The position numbers and the translations under genes are program-made. Positions 27,300-37,558 of a DNA stretch of 64,000 nt are shown one piece after another (position 1 is the first letter of the stretch; every line of letters starts with the position of its first letter). Below the pieces are notes generated by a model. That model was not told where the DNA came from. It saw only the letters and a list, made by a program, of their open reading frames with translations, and made no database searches. The DNA lies in the IMG/VR virus record IMGVR_UViG_3300013093_000017, positions 124,001-188,000 of that record; one strand, 5' to 3'.

Positions 27300-28553
27300 A
27301 TGTCAGTAATGAAAGCAGAAAAAGTTAAGAAGCCAACAAAGACACGTGAGTATTCACCTGCTGAAAAGAACAAGATTATTGAAAAACTTGTAACTGCTCG
27401 GGTTGGGTTGCTATTACGACATCCTTTCTTTGGCAATATGGCTACACGTATGCAATTAATTGATGCAAGTGATTGGTGTAGTACACTTGCTACAGATGGT
27501 CGCAACTTCTATTATAACAACGACTTTGTCAGCAAATTAAAGCCTAAAGAAGCAGAGTTCGGATTTGCACACGAAGTATTACATAACGTGTTTGACCATA
27601 TGGGTCGTAAAGGTGACCGTGATCATCAATTGTCAAACATTGCCGCAGACTATGCTGTAAATCAAATTCTTAAAGATGAACGCATCGGTGAAGTTCCTAA
27701 CTGGATCAAAATTTTCCAAGACAATAAGTATCGTGGTATGAGCTACGAACAAATTTATGACGACTTGTATCAAAATGCCGAAAAGATCGACATTAGTTCG
27801 TTAGGCGAGATGTTAGACGAGCATTTAGATGACGGCGAAGGTGAAGACGGTCAAGGCAACGGCGGCGACCAAGAAGGTAAGAGCGGTCGTCCTAAACTAA
27901 CAGCAGAAGAAAAGAAAGCTATCCGCGATGAAATCAAAGAAGCTATGGTAGCGGCTGCTCAAAGTGCAGGTGCTGGTAAATTGCCAGCAGGTATCCGCAG
28001 ATTAATTACAGACTTTACAGAACCGCAAATGGACTGGCGTGAATTGTTACGTATGAATATCCAAAGCATTATGAAAAGTAACTTTAGTTTTAGTCGTCCA
28101 AATCGTAAGAGCCAACATTCAGGTGCTGTATTACCAGGCATGACTAACGAAGAAACTATTGATGTAAGCGTAGCAATTGATATGTCAGGTAGTATCAGCG
28201 ATAAGATGGCTAAAGACTTCTTAAGCGAAGTTAAAGGCATCATGGATGAATACGTTGACTTTAAATTAGACTTATGGTGTTTTGATACACAAGTTTACAA
28301 CTATGCTAAATTCTCAGGCGATACTGCTGACGAAATTATGTCATACGAAGTTAAAGGTGGTGGTGGTACAGACTTCGATGCAAACTACGAGTTTATGAAA
28401 GAAAACGAAATTGAGCCAAAACGCTTTATTATGTTTACTGATGGATATCCGGCCGGATCTTGGGGGGACGAAAACTATTGCGAATCACTATTTGTTATTC
28501 ACGGTAATGATTCAATTATTCCACCGTTTGGGCAGGTTGCGTATTATAAGTGA
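27300..28553 (+). CDS. Metallopeptidase-vWA domain protein (MoxR partner, DUF2201-like)
   Basis: AHEVLH (HExxH); MIDAS DMSGS, GGGGTDF and FTDG. Confidence 0.88.
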   Translation: MSVMKAEKVKKPTKTREYSPAEKNKIIEKLVTARVGLLLRHPFFGNMATRMQLIDASDWCSTLATDGRNFYYNNDFVSKLKPKEAEFGFAHEVLHNVFDHMGRKGDRDHQLSNIAADYAVNQILKDERIGEVPNWIKIFQDNKYRGMSYEQIYDDLYQNAEKIDISSLGEMLDEHLDDGEGEDGQGNGGDQEGKSGRPKLTAEEKKAIRDEIKEAMVAAAQSAGAGKLPAGIRRLITDFTEPQMDWRELLRMNIQSIMKSNFSFSRPNRKSQHSGAVLPGMTNEETIDVSVAIDMSGSISDKMAKDFLSEVKGIMDEYVDFKLDLWCFDTQVYNYAKFSGDTADEIMSYEVKGGGGTDFDANYEFMKENEIEPKRFIMFTDGYPAGSWGDENYCESLFVIHGNDSIIPPFGQVAYYK

Positions 28554-29142
28554 TTCCTAAACTGAAATCTTCATACAATTGTTCTTTGGACTTGTGAGAA
28601 GTTTTGCTTTTAGCATAGTTTTCTGTACAATGTACAAGACGAAGGTTAGTAATATCCGAGACAATATTAGCAGGTATAGAGTTTCGAAATCCGTCTGCTA
28701 CACTATAGATATGATCAATATGCCATTCTCTACCTCGTAATCCTTGCGGATCTAACATACCTTTATGTCGATTGTACATTGTATCGGCATATTGATGACA
28801 CCGATCTATATACTGTTTTAGAGTTAATCCCTCAACAGAATAATCTTTGTGGTTATGATATTCATTCCAGTATTCTTTTTTGTTAGCTTTGATTTTAGCA
28901 CGGGCTTCGGGTATATGAGCAGCATTAGATACTCCGTAACGTTCTTCCATAACTTGTTGACGTTTTTCTTTAATAGTAGGACTAGAACTAGCATTAGGTA
29001 CCCCATATCGTTTAATAGAAGTTGCTTGCATCTTAGCCTGAACCGCCGGGCATCGTGCAGGAATTTTAGAGCATTTATGTTTTCCATTCCAGGTAATATA
29101 AGTAGCTTCTTGGCCGCAGTTATTTTCGCATAGTATTTTCAT
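28516..29142 (-). mobile_element. Free-standing HNH-type endonuclease with RYGVxN repeats (same family as 13184-14011)
   Basis: WHIDHIYSVADGF...NLRLVHCTENYAK; antisense and overlapping the vWA 3' end; TATAAATA on the - strand at 29148-29155. Confidence 0.75.
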
Positions 29143-29217
29143 AAATGTATTTATATAAAGTAGCCGTCAGTAAACAAAATATAGTATCAACTAATTAATT
29201 CATCACTTCATAAATGG

Positions 29218-29265
29218 TTGACAATTATCAAAATATGTATTACACTAATTACTAATATATAAATA
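29218..29265 (+). promoter_or_regulatory. sigma70 promoter followed by a late promoter
   Basis: TTGACA-N17-TACACT (29218-29246); TATAAATA at 29258-29265. Confidence 0.65.
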
Positions 29266-29278
29266 AAGTAGGTATTTA

Positions 29279-29560
29279 ATGTCTCTAGCCAAGGAAATAA
29301 TAAATCCATTGAACGTATTAGGGCAACGCAGGTTGAACTATATACCATCTCACTTTAGTACAATGTGTATTAGTAATACTCGTATTTTTGCAGAGATCGA
29401 TCAATGGATTTATCATAACCTAGATAGTAGATATTGTGTTCGGGTTAAGCAAGGGCTCGATGCACAAAGAAGAATAGTAGACGTGATTGAGATCGGAATA
29501 GAAGATCATAAAGAATTAACTATGTTCAGTTTAGCATGTCCACTCTTGCACAAAAAATAA
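29279..29560 (+). CDS. Hypothetical protein
   Basis: AGGT RBS and ATG start. Confidence 0.6.
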   Translation: MSLAKEIINPLNVLGQRRLNYIPSHFSTMCISNTRIFAEIDQWIYHNLDSRYCVRVKQGLDAQRRIVDVIEIGIEDHKELTMFSLACPLLHKK

Positions 29561-29577
29561 TTAGGAGAACCAGAAAA

Positions 29578-29826
29578 ATGGCACAAGAAGATCAAGTAGT
29601 AGATACACCAGAAGTAGCACCAGAACAAGCAGCACCAGCACCAGAATTAACTATTGTTGATTTACAGAATTTACGTTCAATTATTGATGTAGCATCACGT
29701 CGTGGTGCATTTGGCGCAGCTGAAATGGCAGCAGTAGGTGGTGTATTTAATAAGCTAGATGCTTTCTTAGCAGTAGCAGCACCACAAGCACCAGCTGACG
29801 CACCTGCTGATCAACCAGCAGCTTAA
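29578..29826 (+). CDS. Hypothetical protein
   Basis: AGGAG RBS before ATG 29578; IIDVASRRGAF core. Confidence 0.7.
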   Translation: MAQEDQVVDTPEVAPEQAAPAPELTIVDLQNLRSIIDVASRRGAFGAAEMAAVGGVFNKLDAFLAVAAPQAPADAPADQPAA

Positions 29827-29837
29827 GGAGAAATAAA

Positions 29838-30425
29838 ATGAAACATATTGGTAAGATGAAAAACAATTCGGCTAGATTAGCCATTGTGTATCGTACAATA
29901 CCGGGCGAGCCAAATAACTGTTTAGTTGTTGGCACACAAGGATTAGGTGATAGTTATCACGATTCACTAATGTCATTGTTAGAAAGCGATGCGGCACAAC
30001 AAGCAAACGAACTAGCAGATGCATTAGCAGTACGCAAATTCCCAGATGGTAGCGTAATGTTAGGTTATCTACATTCATACGGGCATTTGAAGAAAGTTCC
30101 TACTAATATGGTTCTTATGACTCCAGATAGTCAAACACAGATCCAGTTAGATGAATTAAATCGAATCATTGCTGACCAAAAAGGTATTACAGTTGATCAA
30201 TTGGCAGTAAACGATGGATCAGCTCCTGCTCCAAAATCTACCAAAACAGTTGAAGTAGATACTACAGATACTGCCCAAGGTAAGAAAGAGTCATTCGAAA
30301 TGACTCCAGCAGAAATGCGTAGTCGTGCAGATGCTTTATATAAAGAAGCTGCTAAATTACGTAAAGACGCAGACACAATGGATCCTCCAAAAAGCAAGAA
30401 AAAAGTTGCTGCTGTAGAGGTTTAA
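29838..30425 (+). CDS. Hypothetical protein
   Basis: AAGGAG RBS; MKHIG start. Confidence 0.7.
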   Translation: MKHIGKMKNNSARLAIVYRTIPGEPNNCLVVGTQGLGDSYHDSLMSLLESDAAQQANELADALAVRKFPDGSVMLGYLHSYGHLKKVPTNMVLMTPDSQTQIQLDELNRIIADQKGITVDQLAVNDGSAPAPKSTKTVEVDTTDTAQGKKESFEMTPAEMRSRADALYKEAAKLRKDADTMDPPKSKKKVAAVEV

Positions 30426-30914
30426 TTGATAGCGGGCGTCGTAGCAGTAGAACGTAACCAGGGCATTGGATTTGAAGGTCAGATGCCCTGGCCGCACCTT
30501 AAAGGTGATATGAAATCATTTGTTAGATTAACAACAGATAAGATTGTAGTAATGGGCTCAACTACATGGAAGGGATTAGGTAAGCAATTGCCAAATCGTA
30601 TCAATGTTGTTATTAGTTCAGAACTGCATCCAGGTGCTCATCTTACTTTTACAGATCCAGTAGAAGCTATCACAGAATTACAAGAACGGTATGCAAATAA
30701 AGATATCTTCATCATTGGTGGTCAACAGTTATATGATAGCGTTAAAGATCTAATCAGCGTGTATTATGTAACCGAAATTGACGCAGCCTATACCTGCGAT
30801 AAATTCTTTAATCTAACCTATGTAGAAGATCACTATCCGTTAGTTGAGGAAATTGAACATTTTGAAGCCACTGACACAACCCCAGCATATACTATTAAAG
30901 AGTACAGAAAATGA
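30426..30914 (+). CDS. folA: Dihydrofolate reductase
   Basis: GIG..GQMPW, VVMG, LPNRINVVIS and FIIGG; TTG start. Confidence 0.93.
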   Translation: MIAGVVAVERNQGIGFEGQMPWPHLKGDMKSFVRLTTDKIVVMGSTTWKGLGKQLPNRINVVISSELHPGAHLTFTDPVEAITELQERYANKDIFIIGGQQLYDSVKDLISVYYVTEIDAAYTCDKFFNLTYVEDHYPLVEEIEHFEATDTTPAYTIKEYRK

Positions 30915-31783
30915 AACAATACCTAGCAGCACTTAAAGATGTTTTAGAAAATGGTGATCATCGTCCTGATCGAACAGGCGTTGGCACTATTAGTAAATTT
31001 GGAGTACAACTACGTTTTGATCTTGAAAAAGGTTTTCCAGCAGTTACAACAAAAAAACTTGCTTGGAAAAGTGTAGTTAGCGAACTACTTTGGTTTATTG
31101 AAGGTAGCGGCGATGAGCGCAGACTAGCTGAGATCCTATACGGTGATCGTATGGTAGAAAAGAAAACCATATGGACAGACAATGCTAATTCAGATTATTG
31201 GGTTGAGAAACGCATGAAACGCAGTCCAAGTGATCTAGGTCGTATCTACGGAGTACAATGGCGCAAGTGGCGTAAACCTATAGTACGCATTAATAAGGTT
31301 ATCTTACAGAATCACGATCAATTGATAGAATTAATCGCTGGTATAAAGGAAGATCCCTACAGTCGCAGACACATCTTATCAGCCTGGAATCCCGGAGAAC
31401 TTGATCTAATGGCATTACCGCCATGTCATGTCATGTGTCAATTCTATGTAAACAATGGTCGATTAAGTTGCCAAATGTATCAACGTAGTGCTGATATGTT
31501 TTTGGGATTACCATTTAATATTGCCAGTTACGCATTATTCACTCACATGATTGCTCAAGTTTGCCATCTTGAAGTCGGCGAGTTAGTTATTGTAATCGGT
31601 GATGCTCATATCTATGAAAATCATATCGAGCAGGTTAAAGAGCAATTAACTCGTAAACCTTTAGCTGCTCCTACATTGAAATTAAATCCAGAGATTGATG
31701 TTATCATGGATTTTGAAATGGATGATATTACATTAGAAGGGTACGAAAGCCACGACGCTATCAAAGCGCCGATGGCTGTTTAG
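30911..31783 (+). CDS. thyA: Thymidylate synthase
   Basis: DRTGVGT, SRRHILSAWN, LPPCH and YQRSADMFLGLPFN (Asn retained, dUMP-type). Confidence 0.96.
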   Translation: MKQYLAALKDVLENGDHRPDRTGVGTISKFGVQLRFDLEKGFPAVTTKKLAWKSVVSELLWFIEGSGDERRLAEILYGDRMVEKKTIWTDNANSDYWVEKRMKRSPSDLGRIYGVQWRKWRKPIVRINKVILQNHDQLIELIAGIKEDPYSRRHILSAWNPGELDLMALPPCHVMCQFYVNNGRLSCQMYQRSADMFLGLPFNIASYALFTHMIAQVCHLEVGELVIVIGDAHIYENHIEQVKEQLTRKPLAAPTLKLNPEIDVIMDFEMDDITLEGYESHDAIKAPMAV

Positions 31784-31786
31784 TCT

Positions 31787-32014
31787 TTATCCAGGGTTAG
31801 CCAGCGCAGTTAGTTGAGCCTGTATTGTTGCTAACTGTGCCTGTAGATCAGAAATTGTCGGTGGTGCAGGAGGAGGTGGCGGAGGTGGAGGTGTCCATGT
31901 GCTGGTTATATCCTCCCATCCATTGTTAATTGCTGTTTGCATGTAAGGCAGTTGATGTGATATTGTCTCATCGTATGCATATACATCGCCGTTTGGGTTT
32001 TTGAAATATCTCAT
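31787..32014 (-). CDS. Small tail-fibre-associated protein (possible chaperone)
   Basis: Follows a fibre gene; MRYFKNPNGDVYAYD, poly-Pro linker and C-terminal heptads. Confidence 0.55.
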   Translation of the reverse strand: MRYFKNPNGDVYAYDETISHQLPYMQTAINNGWEDITSTWTPPPPPPPPAPPTISDLQAQLATIQAQLTALANPG

Positions 32015-32023
32015 AATTTATCC

Positions 32024-33883
32024 TTAACTTAATTCTGCCCAGAAGGTACAATCTGCTTCACCTTGCCCACCGCCAACATAATATGTTGCGTCAACTGGTA
32101 CAATGAAAGATACTGCATTACCATTATTATTGTTATTATCATGAGACACGTTAAAGAAATATGTGCCATTTACATAAATTTGATAATTCCCACTTCTACC
32201 GTATCCTAACATAACCATTATAGGTTTTCCAGTTGAATTTGTATACGTTACTCCACAAGATCTGCTTGGGTTTGACCAAGTTTGTCCTACTCCTAATCCA
32301 GAATTAGGTGCGCTTACCCAAGTAGTACCATTAGATGTTAATACACGCCCACTTGCACCGGGTGCTACTGTCTGTAATGCAGATGTACCGTTACCTAATA
32401 ATACTGAATTAGCAGTTAACGAGTTAGTTCCTATACCACCATTTGCCACAGTTAATGCAGATGCTAGGCTAGATACAGTAACATTGCTAATAGTACCTCC
32501 ATTAATTGCAGCAGTTGAGGCAATTAACGAATTAACATTTAATGTGCTGCCTGAGCCAACTGTCCAATTTCCAGTAAGTGTGCCAGCCGTTGTTGGACTA
32601 CCTGTGGTAATATTTTGTGAAATAATATTTAAAGTGCTTCCAGCATTAACTGACCAATTCCCTGTTATTGTTCCGGCAGTTGTTGGCGATCCGCTTGTGA
32701 TAAATTGACTAGTAACATTGCCTGCAACATTGCCTGCAACATTACCTGTAACATTGCCTGTTACATTACCTGTTAGGTTTCCGGCAAAGGTTGCTGCTAC
32801 GGTATTAAATGTCCCAGCATTGGCTGTAATATTAGTAGCAGTTACCGTAACTGCGGTCATTGTAGTTGCATAAATCCCTGCAAATTTATTGTTAGGATTA
32901 CCAATATATACCGGCGGAACATTTGATCCTGAGCCAGGCAATAATGAATTACCATCAATCATTAAGATGTTAGTTGTGGTATTATTGTATTGTAAATTGA
33001 AAGATATTTTAGTAGCATTTACTCCGGTCATCTTACCTTCAGAGTTACCGTGATCTGCGTGGAATCTAAATACCCCGCCTACTCCAACCAAAATACCATC
33101 ATCAGTCGGTACATTTAATCCGATTGAAAAATCATTTTGGTAAGTTGATTTTAACAAGAAATCACCCGGAGCATAACTTCTAGTATTATCTACTAGTCCT
33201 AATGCAGAAGATGCAGTACCCCACAAATAATATCCAGATCCGTTCATGGTGCTGTTAGCTGATATACCAGAAGCATCAGTATCCGCTAATGTGATTCCTT
33301 TTCTAAGGGTAGGAAAATCTCCGTAGAACGATGTGGCAGTATTTACGCTGATATCTTCTGATGCCAGCACTGCTACTACAACATTAGAAGATCCGATTGG
33401 AACAATATGTTGTTCTACATAATGATTATTACCCAAGGAATCTTGTATAGTGGTTAATCCTTGACTTCCGCCACTTCCGCCGCTTCCGCCCGATGTAGAC
33501 GGACCTACTGCTAGCCATTTTTTGCCAGTGTAGACATTTAACACGCTTTGGCTTTGATCAAACCATAGATCCCCTGTGGTTAAATTAGTAGGAGAGCTGC
33601 CGTTACTTGAATATGAAGTATATGCTAGTGACACAAAATTTGTACCGTCAAATACTTTTAATTTTTTGTTAGTAGAATCATACCATAATTGGCCTGTAAT
33701 AGCCTTAGGTGGTTGCGCTTTATTAGCAAAGTTTTCTAATAAATGTAAGAAATTTGTATCAATGAATCCGCCGTATCCAGCATAATTCTTACCAACAAAT
33801 GTCAGGTCAGTTGATTGATTTATCGAACCGTCTTGAACAGTTGCTAGTGTAGATCCATTTGTTTTATTCAGTATGTATGGCAT
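32024..33883 (-). CDS. Tail fibre protein (paralogue 4)
   Basis: Shared N-domain (GKN...LHLLENFA...GQLWYD), VTGN repeats and a GVGQTW...YTN C-domain. Confidence 0.75.
   Translation of the reverse strand: MPYILNKTNGSTLATVQDGSINQSTDLTFVGKNYAGYGGFIDTNFLHLLENFANKAQPPKAITGQLWYDSTNKKLKVFDGTNFVSLAYTSYSSNGSSPTNLTTGDLWFDQSQSVLNVYTGKKWLAVGPSTSGGSGGSGGSQGLTTIQDSLGNNHYVEQHIVPIGSSNVVVAVLASEDISVNTATSFYGDFPTLRKGITLADTDASGISANSTMNGSGYYLWGTASSALGLVDNTRSYAPGDFLLKSTYQNDFSIGLNVPTDDGILVGVGGVFRFHADHGNSEGKMTGVNATKISFNLQYNNTTTNILMIDGNSLLPGSGSNVPPVYIGNPNNKFAGIYATTMTAVTVTATNITANAGTFNTVAATFAGNLTGNVTGNVTGNVAGNVAGNVTSQFITSGSPTTAGTITGNWSVNAGSTLNIISQNITTGSPTTAGTLTGNWTVGSGSTLNVNSLIASTAAINGGTISNVTVSSLASALTVANGGIGTNSLTANSVLLGNGTSALQTVAPGASGRVLTSNGTTWVSAPNSGLGVGQTWSNPSRSCGVTYTNSTGKPIMVMLGYGRSGNYQIYVNGTYFFNVSHDNNNNNGNAVSFIVPVDATYYVGGGQGEADCTFWAELS
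32713..32774 (-). repeat. 12-bp tandem repeat encoding (V-T/A-G-N)n
   Basis: acatt(g/a)cctg units; protein LTGNVTGNVTGNVAGNVAGNVT. Confidence 0.8.
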
Positions 33884-33897
33884 TGTTTTAACCTATT

Positions 33898-35679
33898 TTA
33901 TCTAAATTCTACCCAATTAATAATTGTTTGACCATCTGAGAGGTTGTTTACTGGTTCATCCGGGCAATAGATATTAATATAGTACGATGCTCCGGGAGGA
34001 ACAAAAAACTGTAATGTCATCCATCCTAAATAAGTCGGTCTCCCTGTTTGATTTACGGCCTCTCTCGTGACTTCTACTCCATTTACGTAAGCAATGGACC
34101 AAATAGCAGCATCTTCAGTATCAGAAGTAATATCAGCTGAACTTACAGTAGCATTTACCCAAATTACGTTACCAGTTCCATTAGTGTAGGGTGTTCCAAA
34201 TGTCCTAGCTCCGGTTACATTCTGATAAGATTGTCCTACTCCAAATCCAGAATATGAATAAGATCCACCTAGAGGTACTGGAATTCCATTCATTGTAATA
34301 CTTGAATTGTTTAAGGATGTGTTAGGTATACCAGTAACTTTTGTTCCTGCTAATCCTGTAATCCAACTTGGATTATTATACGAGCCGTTAGTATAAACAC
34401 CGTAAGTAACTGTACCGGCGTTACCTGATACATTGCCTGTCACATTGCCTGTTACATTACCCGTTACATTACCCGTCACATTGCCAATAACACTGCCTGT
34501 GTGTGTACCACTGGTATCACTCCAAACTACTCCTGCGCCGGTGCGTTGAACAATTTTATCTGCCACTGGAGGTACCGATGCGTTAGGTAAATTGTTTATT
34601 TGATTTTGTGTATTGCTAATTGCATTATCGATGTATAATTTAATAGCTTTTTGCGTTGGGATCCTATCATCGCCATTATGAGCAAATGTAGGATCAGTGT
34701 CCCAGCGTGCTATACTCAACAGCGTAGGATCTGTTAATGCTGTGAAACTAACGCTATTGGCATTTACTGTAGGTGCATCAATTGCGTAGGTCCAGATAGT
34801 GTTCCATCGTAATCCCGAACTGCCTAAATTTGCACCATTGTTTGCTACTGGACTCAGTCCATTTAATACATTCCATGTTCCAGCTAATTGGCTTGAATTA
34901 GTAGGTGATATTAATTTGTTAGCAGTTACAGAACCTGCTTGAATATTTCCGCTTCCGTCTCTTTGTACAATGGTATTAGCCTGAGTTGATGTCGATGCTA
35001 GAACATAAGATGTAGCACCATCATTTAACAATGCGTTAGCATTAGTAGCATATAGACTAGTGCCAGTTAATGTAGCATCTGTATTGCCCGCAATGTTACC
35101 ATTTTTAAGTGTTATACCTTTATGTATATGAGATATGCCAGAGATTAAATTAGTAGATGACGTAACAAAGTCATCGCCACTTATTACATAAATTACTTGA
35201 TCATTTACTAATGCTTCAATAACAGGATGTGCTACATCAGCAGTGTCTAATAATGATACAGATATAAGTCTTGTAGGATTAAATCCCGGAGCTTTCTCTG
35301 GTCCAATTAAAGTAAATCCTGTACCAGTGTTAATGAATAATTGATTGTTAACGCTATCATACCACAAATTACTTGCCGACGATGCTCCGGAGGTAGATGT
35401 ACTATATGACATCACTGCCAAAGTTTGCCATTGTGTTTCGTTATAAACTTTCAATACATTGTTAGTTTTATCAAACCATAATTGGCCTGTTAGTTTATTT
35501 GCTGGTTCTGTAGCAGCCGCAAAATTTTCTAATAAATGTAAGAAATCATTGTTCTGTATCTCACCAAACTTTGAAACATTTTTACCAACAAACGTGATAC
35601 TAGACGAAACACTGTCAGTAAATCCGTCTGCTAATTCTAATAGTATCGTGCCGTCTGATTTTGTAATTTGGTATGCCAT
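33898..35679 (-). CDS. Tail fibre protein (paralogue 3)
   Basis: Same N-domain; VTGN repeats; GVGQSY...YTN C-domain. Confidence 0.75.
   Translation of the reverse strand: MAYQITKSDGTILLELADGFTDSVSSSITFVGKNVSKFGEIQNNDFLHLLENFAAATEPANKLTGQLWFDKTNNVLKVYNETQWQTLAVMSYSTSTSGASSASNLWYDSVNNQLFINTGTGFTLIGPEKAPGFNPTRLISVSLLDTADVAHPVIEALVNDQVIYVISGDDFVTSSTNLISGISHIHKGITLKNGNIAGNTDATLTGTSLYATNANALLNDGATSYVLASTSTQANTIVQRDGSGNIQAGSVTANKLISPTNSSQLAGTWNVLNGLSPVANNGANLGSSGLRWNTIWTYAIDAPTVNANSVSFTALTDPTLLSIARWDTDPTFAHNGDDRIPTQKAIKLYIDNAISNTQNQINNLPNASVPPVADKIVQRTGAGVVWSDTSGTHTGSVIGNVTGNVTGNVTGNVTGNVSGNAGTVTYGVYTNGSYNNPSWITGLAGTKVTGIPNTSLNNSSITMNGIPVPLGGSYSYSGFGVGQSYQNVTGARTFGTPYTNGTGNVIWVNATVSSADITSDTEDAAIWSIAYVNGVEVTREAVNQTGRPTYLGWMTLQFFVPPGASYYINIYCPDEPVNNLSDGQTIINWVEFR
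34421..34500 (-). repeat. 12-bp tandem repeat encoding (VTGN)n
   Basis: Protein VIGNVTGNVTGNVTGNVTGNVSGN. Confidence 0.8.
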
Positions 35680-35689
35680 TCTTTATTCC

Positions 35690-37546
35690 TTATGAGACAA
35701 TGCTGCCGCCTTGCCATACTAATGTTCCAGACTGATTAATCACAAGGTATTCTCTAACTACTCTAGTAACTGTTGGAACAATTATTGTCGAAGCCGGAAT
35801 AATACCAGCTAGGCCGGATTGTATTATCACTGTCTGTGTATTATTGTTAATATCTTTTACCTGAACACCGCTTGAATTTAATGTAATCAATTGTTGAGGA
35901 CTAGCAGGTACAGCAATTGATAAATTTGTACATATTACTCGTACTCGTGTGCCTTCACCTAAATTAAGGTATTCGTACGGTGATGGGTTATAAATTGGAA
36001 GAGCTAGATTTAGATATGGTAGAATATCTATTGCCGGATCAGCCATGCCTGTTGTATCAATTGAGAATGTAAATCCTTTTGATCCTACCAATTGTAGTCC
36101 AGCATCAACATAGGTTTTATTTGTAGCATCATATGGGCCTGTTGGGATTGCTACGCTAGTAATTCTATTACCGGTAGCATCTACTGTGCCCGTGCCTGTT
36201 CCTGATAGATATAATGTTTTATTAGTTCCAGTTGCTTGAACGGTACTGTCATGTATCGTTACATTAGTAACTGTTAGAACAGACAGTATACCTAAACTCG
36301 TTAATCCTGGTGCAGACTTGATAACATTGCCCAGCGATGTTGCATTAACTACTGCGTTACCGCCAATTAAGTACGAACTAGCAGTTGAGGTAATGTTAGT
36401 ATTATCATTAAAGTTCCACCCTGACCCGTTATTAACCCAGGTAATGGTATGATCAGTTGTGCCGTGTAAGGTAATACCGCCGCCTGTGGCTACGCTATCA
36501 CTTGGACTACTTTGTCCGTAGGCTAATTCTATATTCTTATCATTAATCTGTAAATTTGTAGATTGTACATTAGTAACATTACCTTGTACAACTAAATTGC
36601 CTTGTATGCGAGTATCGCCATTAATATCTACAGGATACTGAGGAATTTCTGTAAATAGGCCAACTCGTTCATTTAATGAGTCTACAGCCAATGCTGTGAA
36701 ATATGCCACAGTGCTGTTTTTACTGCTAACTCCGCGAATACGTAATAGAGAATCAGTAGTATCATGCACTATGTTAGTACTGGTACTATCAACATAAATT
36801 TGTAAGTTTTGATTATTGCCAACATACAATCCAGGATTATCACTTCTAATACTTAATCCGCCAACTAAGGTTTGATCTCCTGTGTTTGCTAGATATGAAT
36901 TTGGACTAAATCCCTGCACTGAATCTGCGCTGGTTGCTGTACCTACGAATCGTATTCCCGGAATAGATTGATTTAGATTAAATCCAGGTTGTACTGAATT
37001 CATTCCATTATGTGCAACTTCAAAGGTAAATGGTATTGCTGAGGCAATTCCCAGCAATGCGTTATTACTGTATAATGAAGCAACCACTTGAGAATTTTTA
37101 GCAGTGTCTGTTATAGTTTCTACTAACCATCCAGATTTTCCGCTGACTGCTGAATACTGCGGTCCTACTAATGTGAAGTTTGTACCATCTGGGGTAAAGT
37201 ATAATTGATTATTTCCAGAATCGATCCACAAATCGCCTTGATTAGCAATAGTAGGTTGTGTTGGTGTAACCTGCGCACCTGCTACTGGTTTGAATACTTT
37301 ATCCATACCATATACATACATACGGCCGTCAACTTTGTTGTACCATAATTGCCCAACGATCGGACTGCGCGGTTGATTTAATCCGGCAAAGTTTTCTAAC
37401 AATCCTACAAGATCATTATTAAGATACTGACCGTATGAATCTACGTTCTTTCCTATTAATGCTAAACTGGTAGTAAGTTGATCAACCTTAGTATCACTCA
37501 AGGTTAATAAGATTGTTCCATCTGTTCGTGTAATTGTATATGACAT
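35690..37546 (-). CDS. Tail fibre/baseplate-attached protein (paralogue 2)
   Basis: Same N-domain; DATNKTYVD fibre motif. Confidence 0.7.
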   Translation of the reverse strand: MSYTITRTDGTILLTLSDTKVDQLTTSLALIGKNVDSYGQYLNNDLVGLLENFAGLNQPRSPIVGQLWYNKVDGRMYVYGMDKVFKPVAGAQVTPTQPTIANQGDLWIDSGNNQLYFTPDGTNFTLVGPQYSAVSGKSGWLVETITDTAKNSQVVASLYSNNALLGIASAIPFTFEVAHNGMNSVQPGFNLNQSIPGIRFVGTATSADSVQGFSPNSYLANTGDQTLVGGLSIRSDNPGLYVGNNQNLQIYVDSTSTNIVHDTTDSLLRIRGVSSKNSTVAYFTALAVDSLNERVGLFTEIPQYPVDINGDTRIQGNLVVQGNVTNVQSTNLQINDKNIELAYGQSSPSDSVATGGGITLHGTTDHTITWVNNGSGWNFNDNTNITSTASSYLIGGNAVVNATSLGNVIKSAPGLTSLGILSVLTVTNVTIHDSTVQATGTNKTLYLSGTGTGTVDATGNRITSVAIPTGPYDATNKTYVDAGLQLVGSKGFTFSIDTTGMADPAIDILPYLNLALPIYNPSPYEYLNLGEGTRVRVICTNLSIAVPASPQQLITLNSSGVQVKDINNNTQTVIIQSGLAGIIPASTIIVPTVTRVVREYLVINQSGTLVWQGGSIVS

Positions 37547-37558
37547 AGTCTTCTATTC

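Noticed and set aside
29258-29266. tat aaa taa (YK*) as a displaced remnant of the vWA C-terminus
   Set aside because: It is only 9 nt and fully explained as a TATAAATA late promoter; it cannot be distinguished without relatives.
30911-31783. Thymidylate synthase as a dCMP hydroxymethylase feeding the glycosyltransferase
   Set aside because: It keeps the dUMP-specific Asn (LPFN) and is paired with DHFR, so it looks like a canonical ThyA.
32100-32160. Asn-codon run (HDNNNNNGN) at a fibre tip suggesting a DGR target
   Set aside because: No reverse transcriptase or template/variable repeat pair is present in the window.
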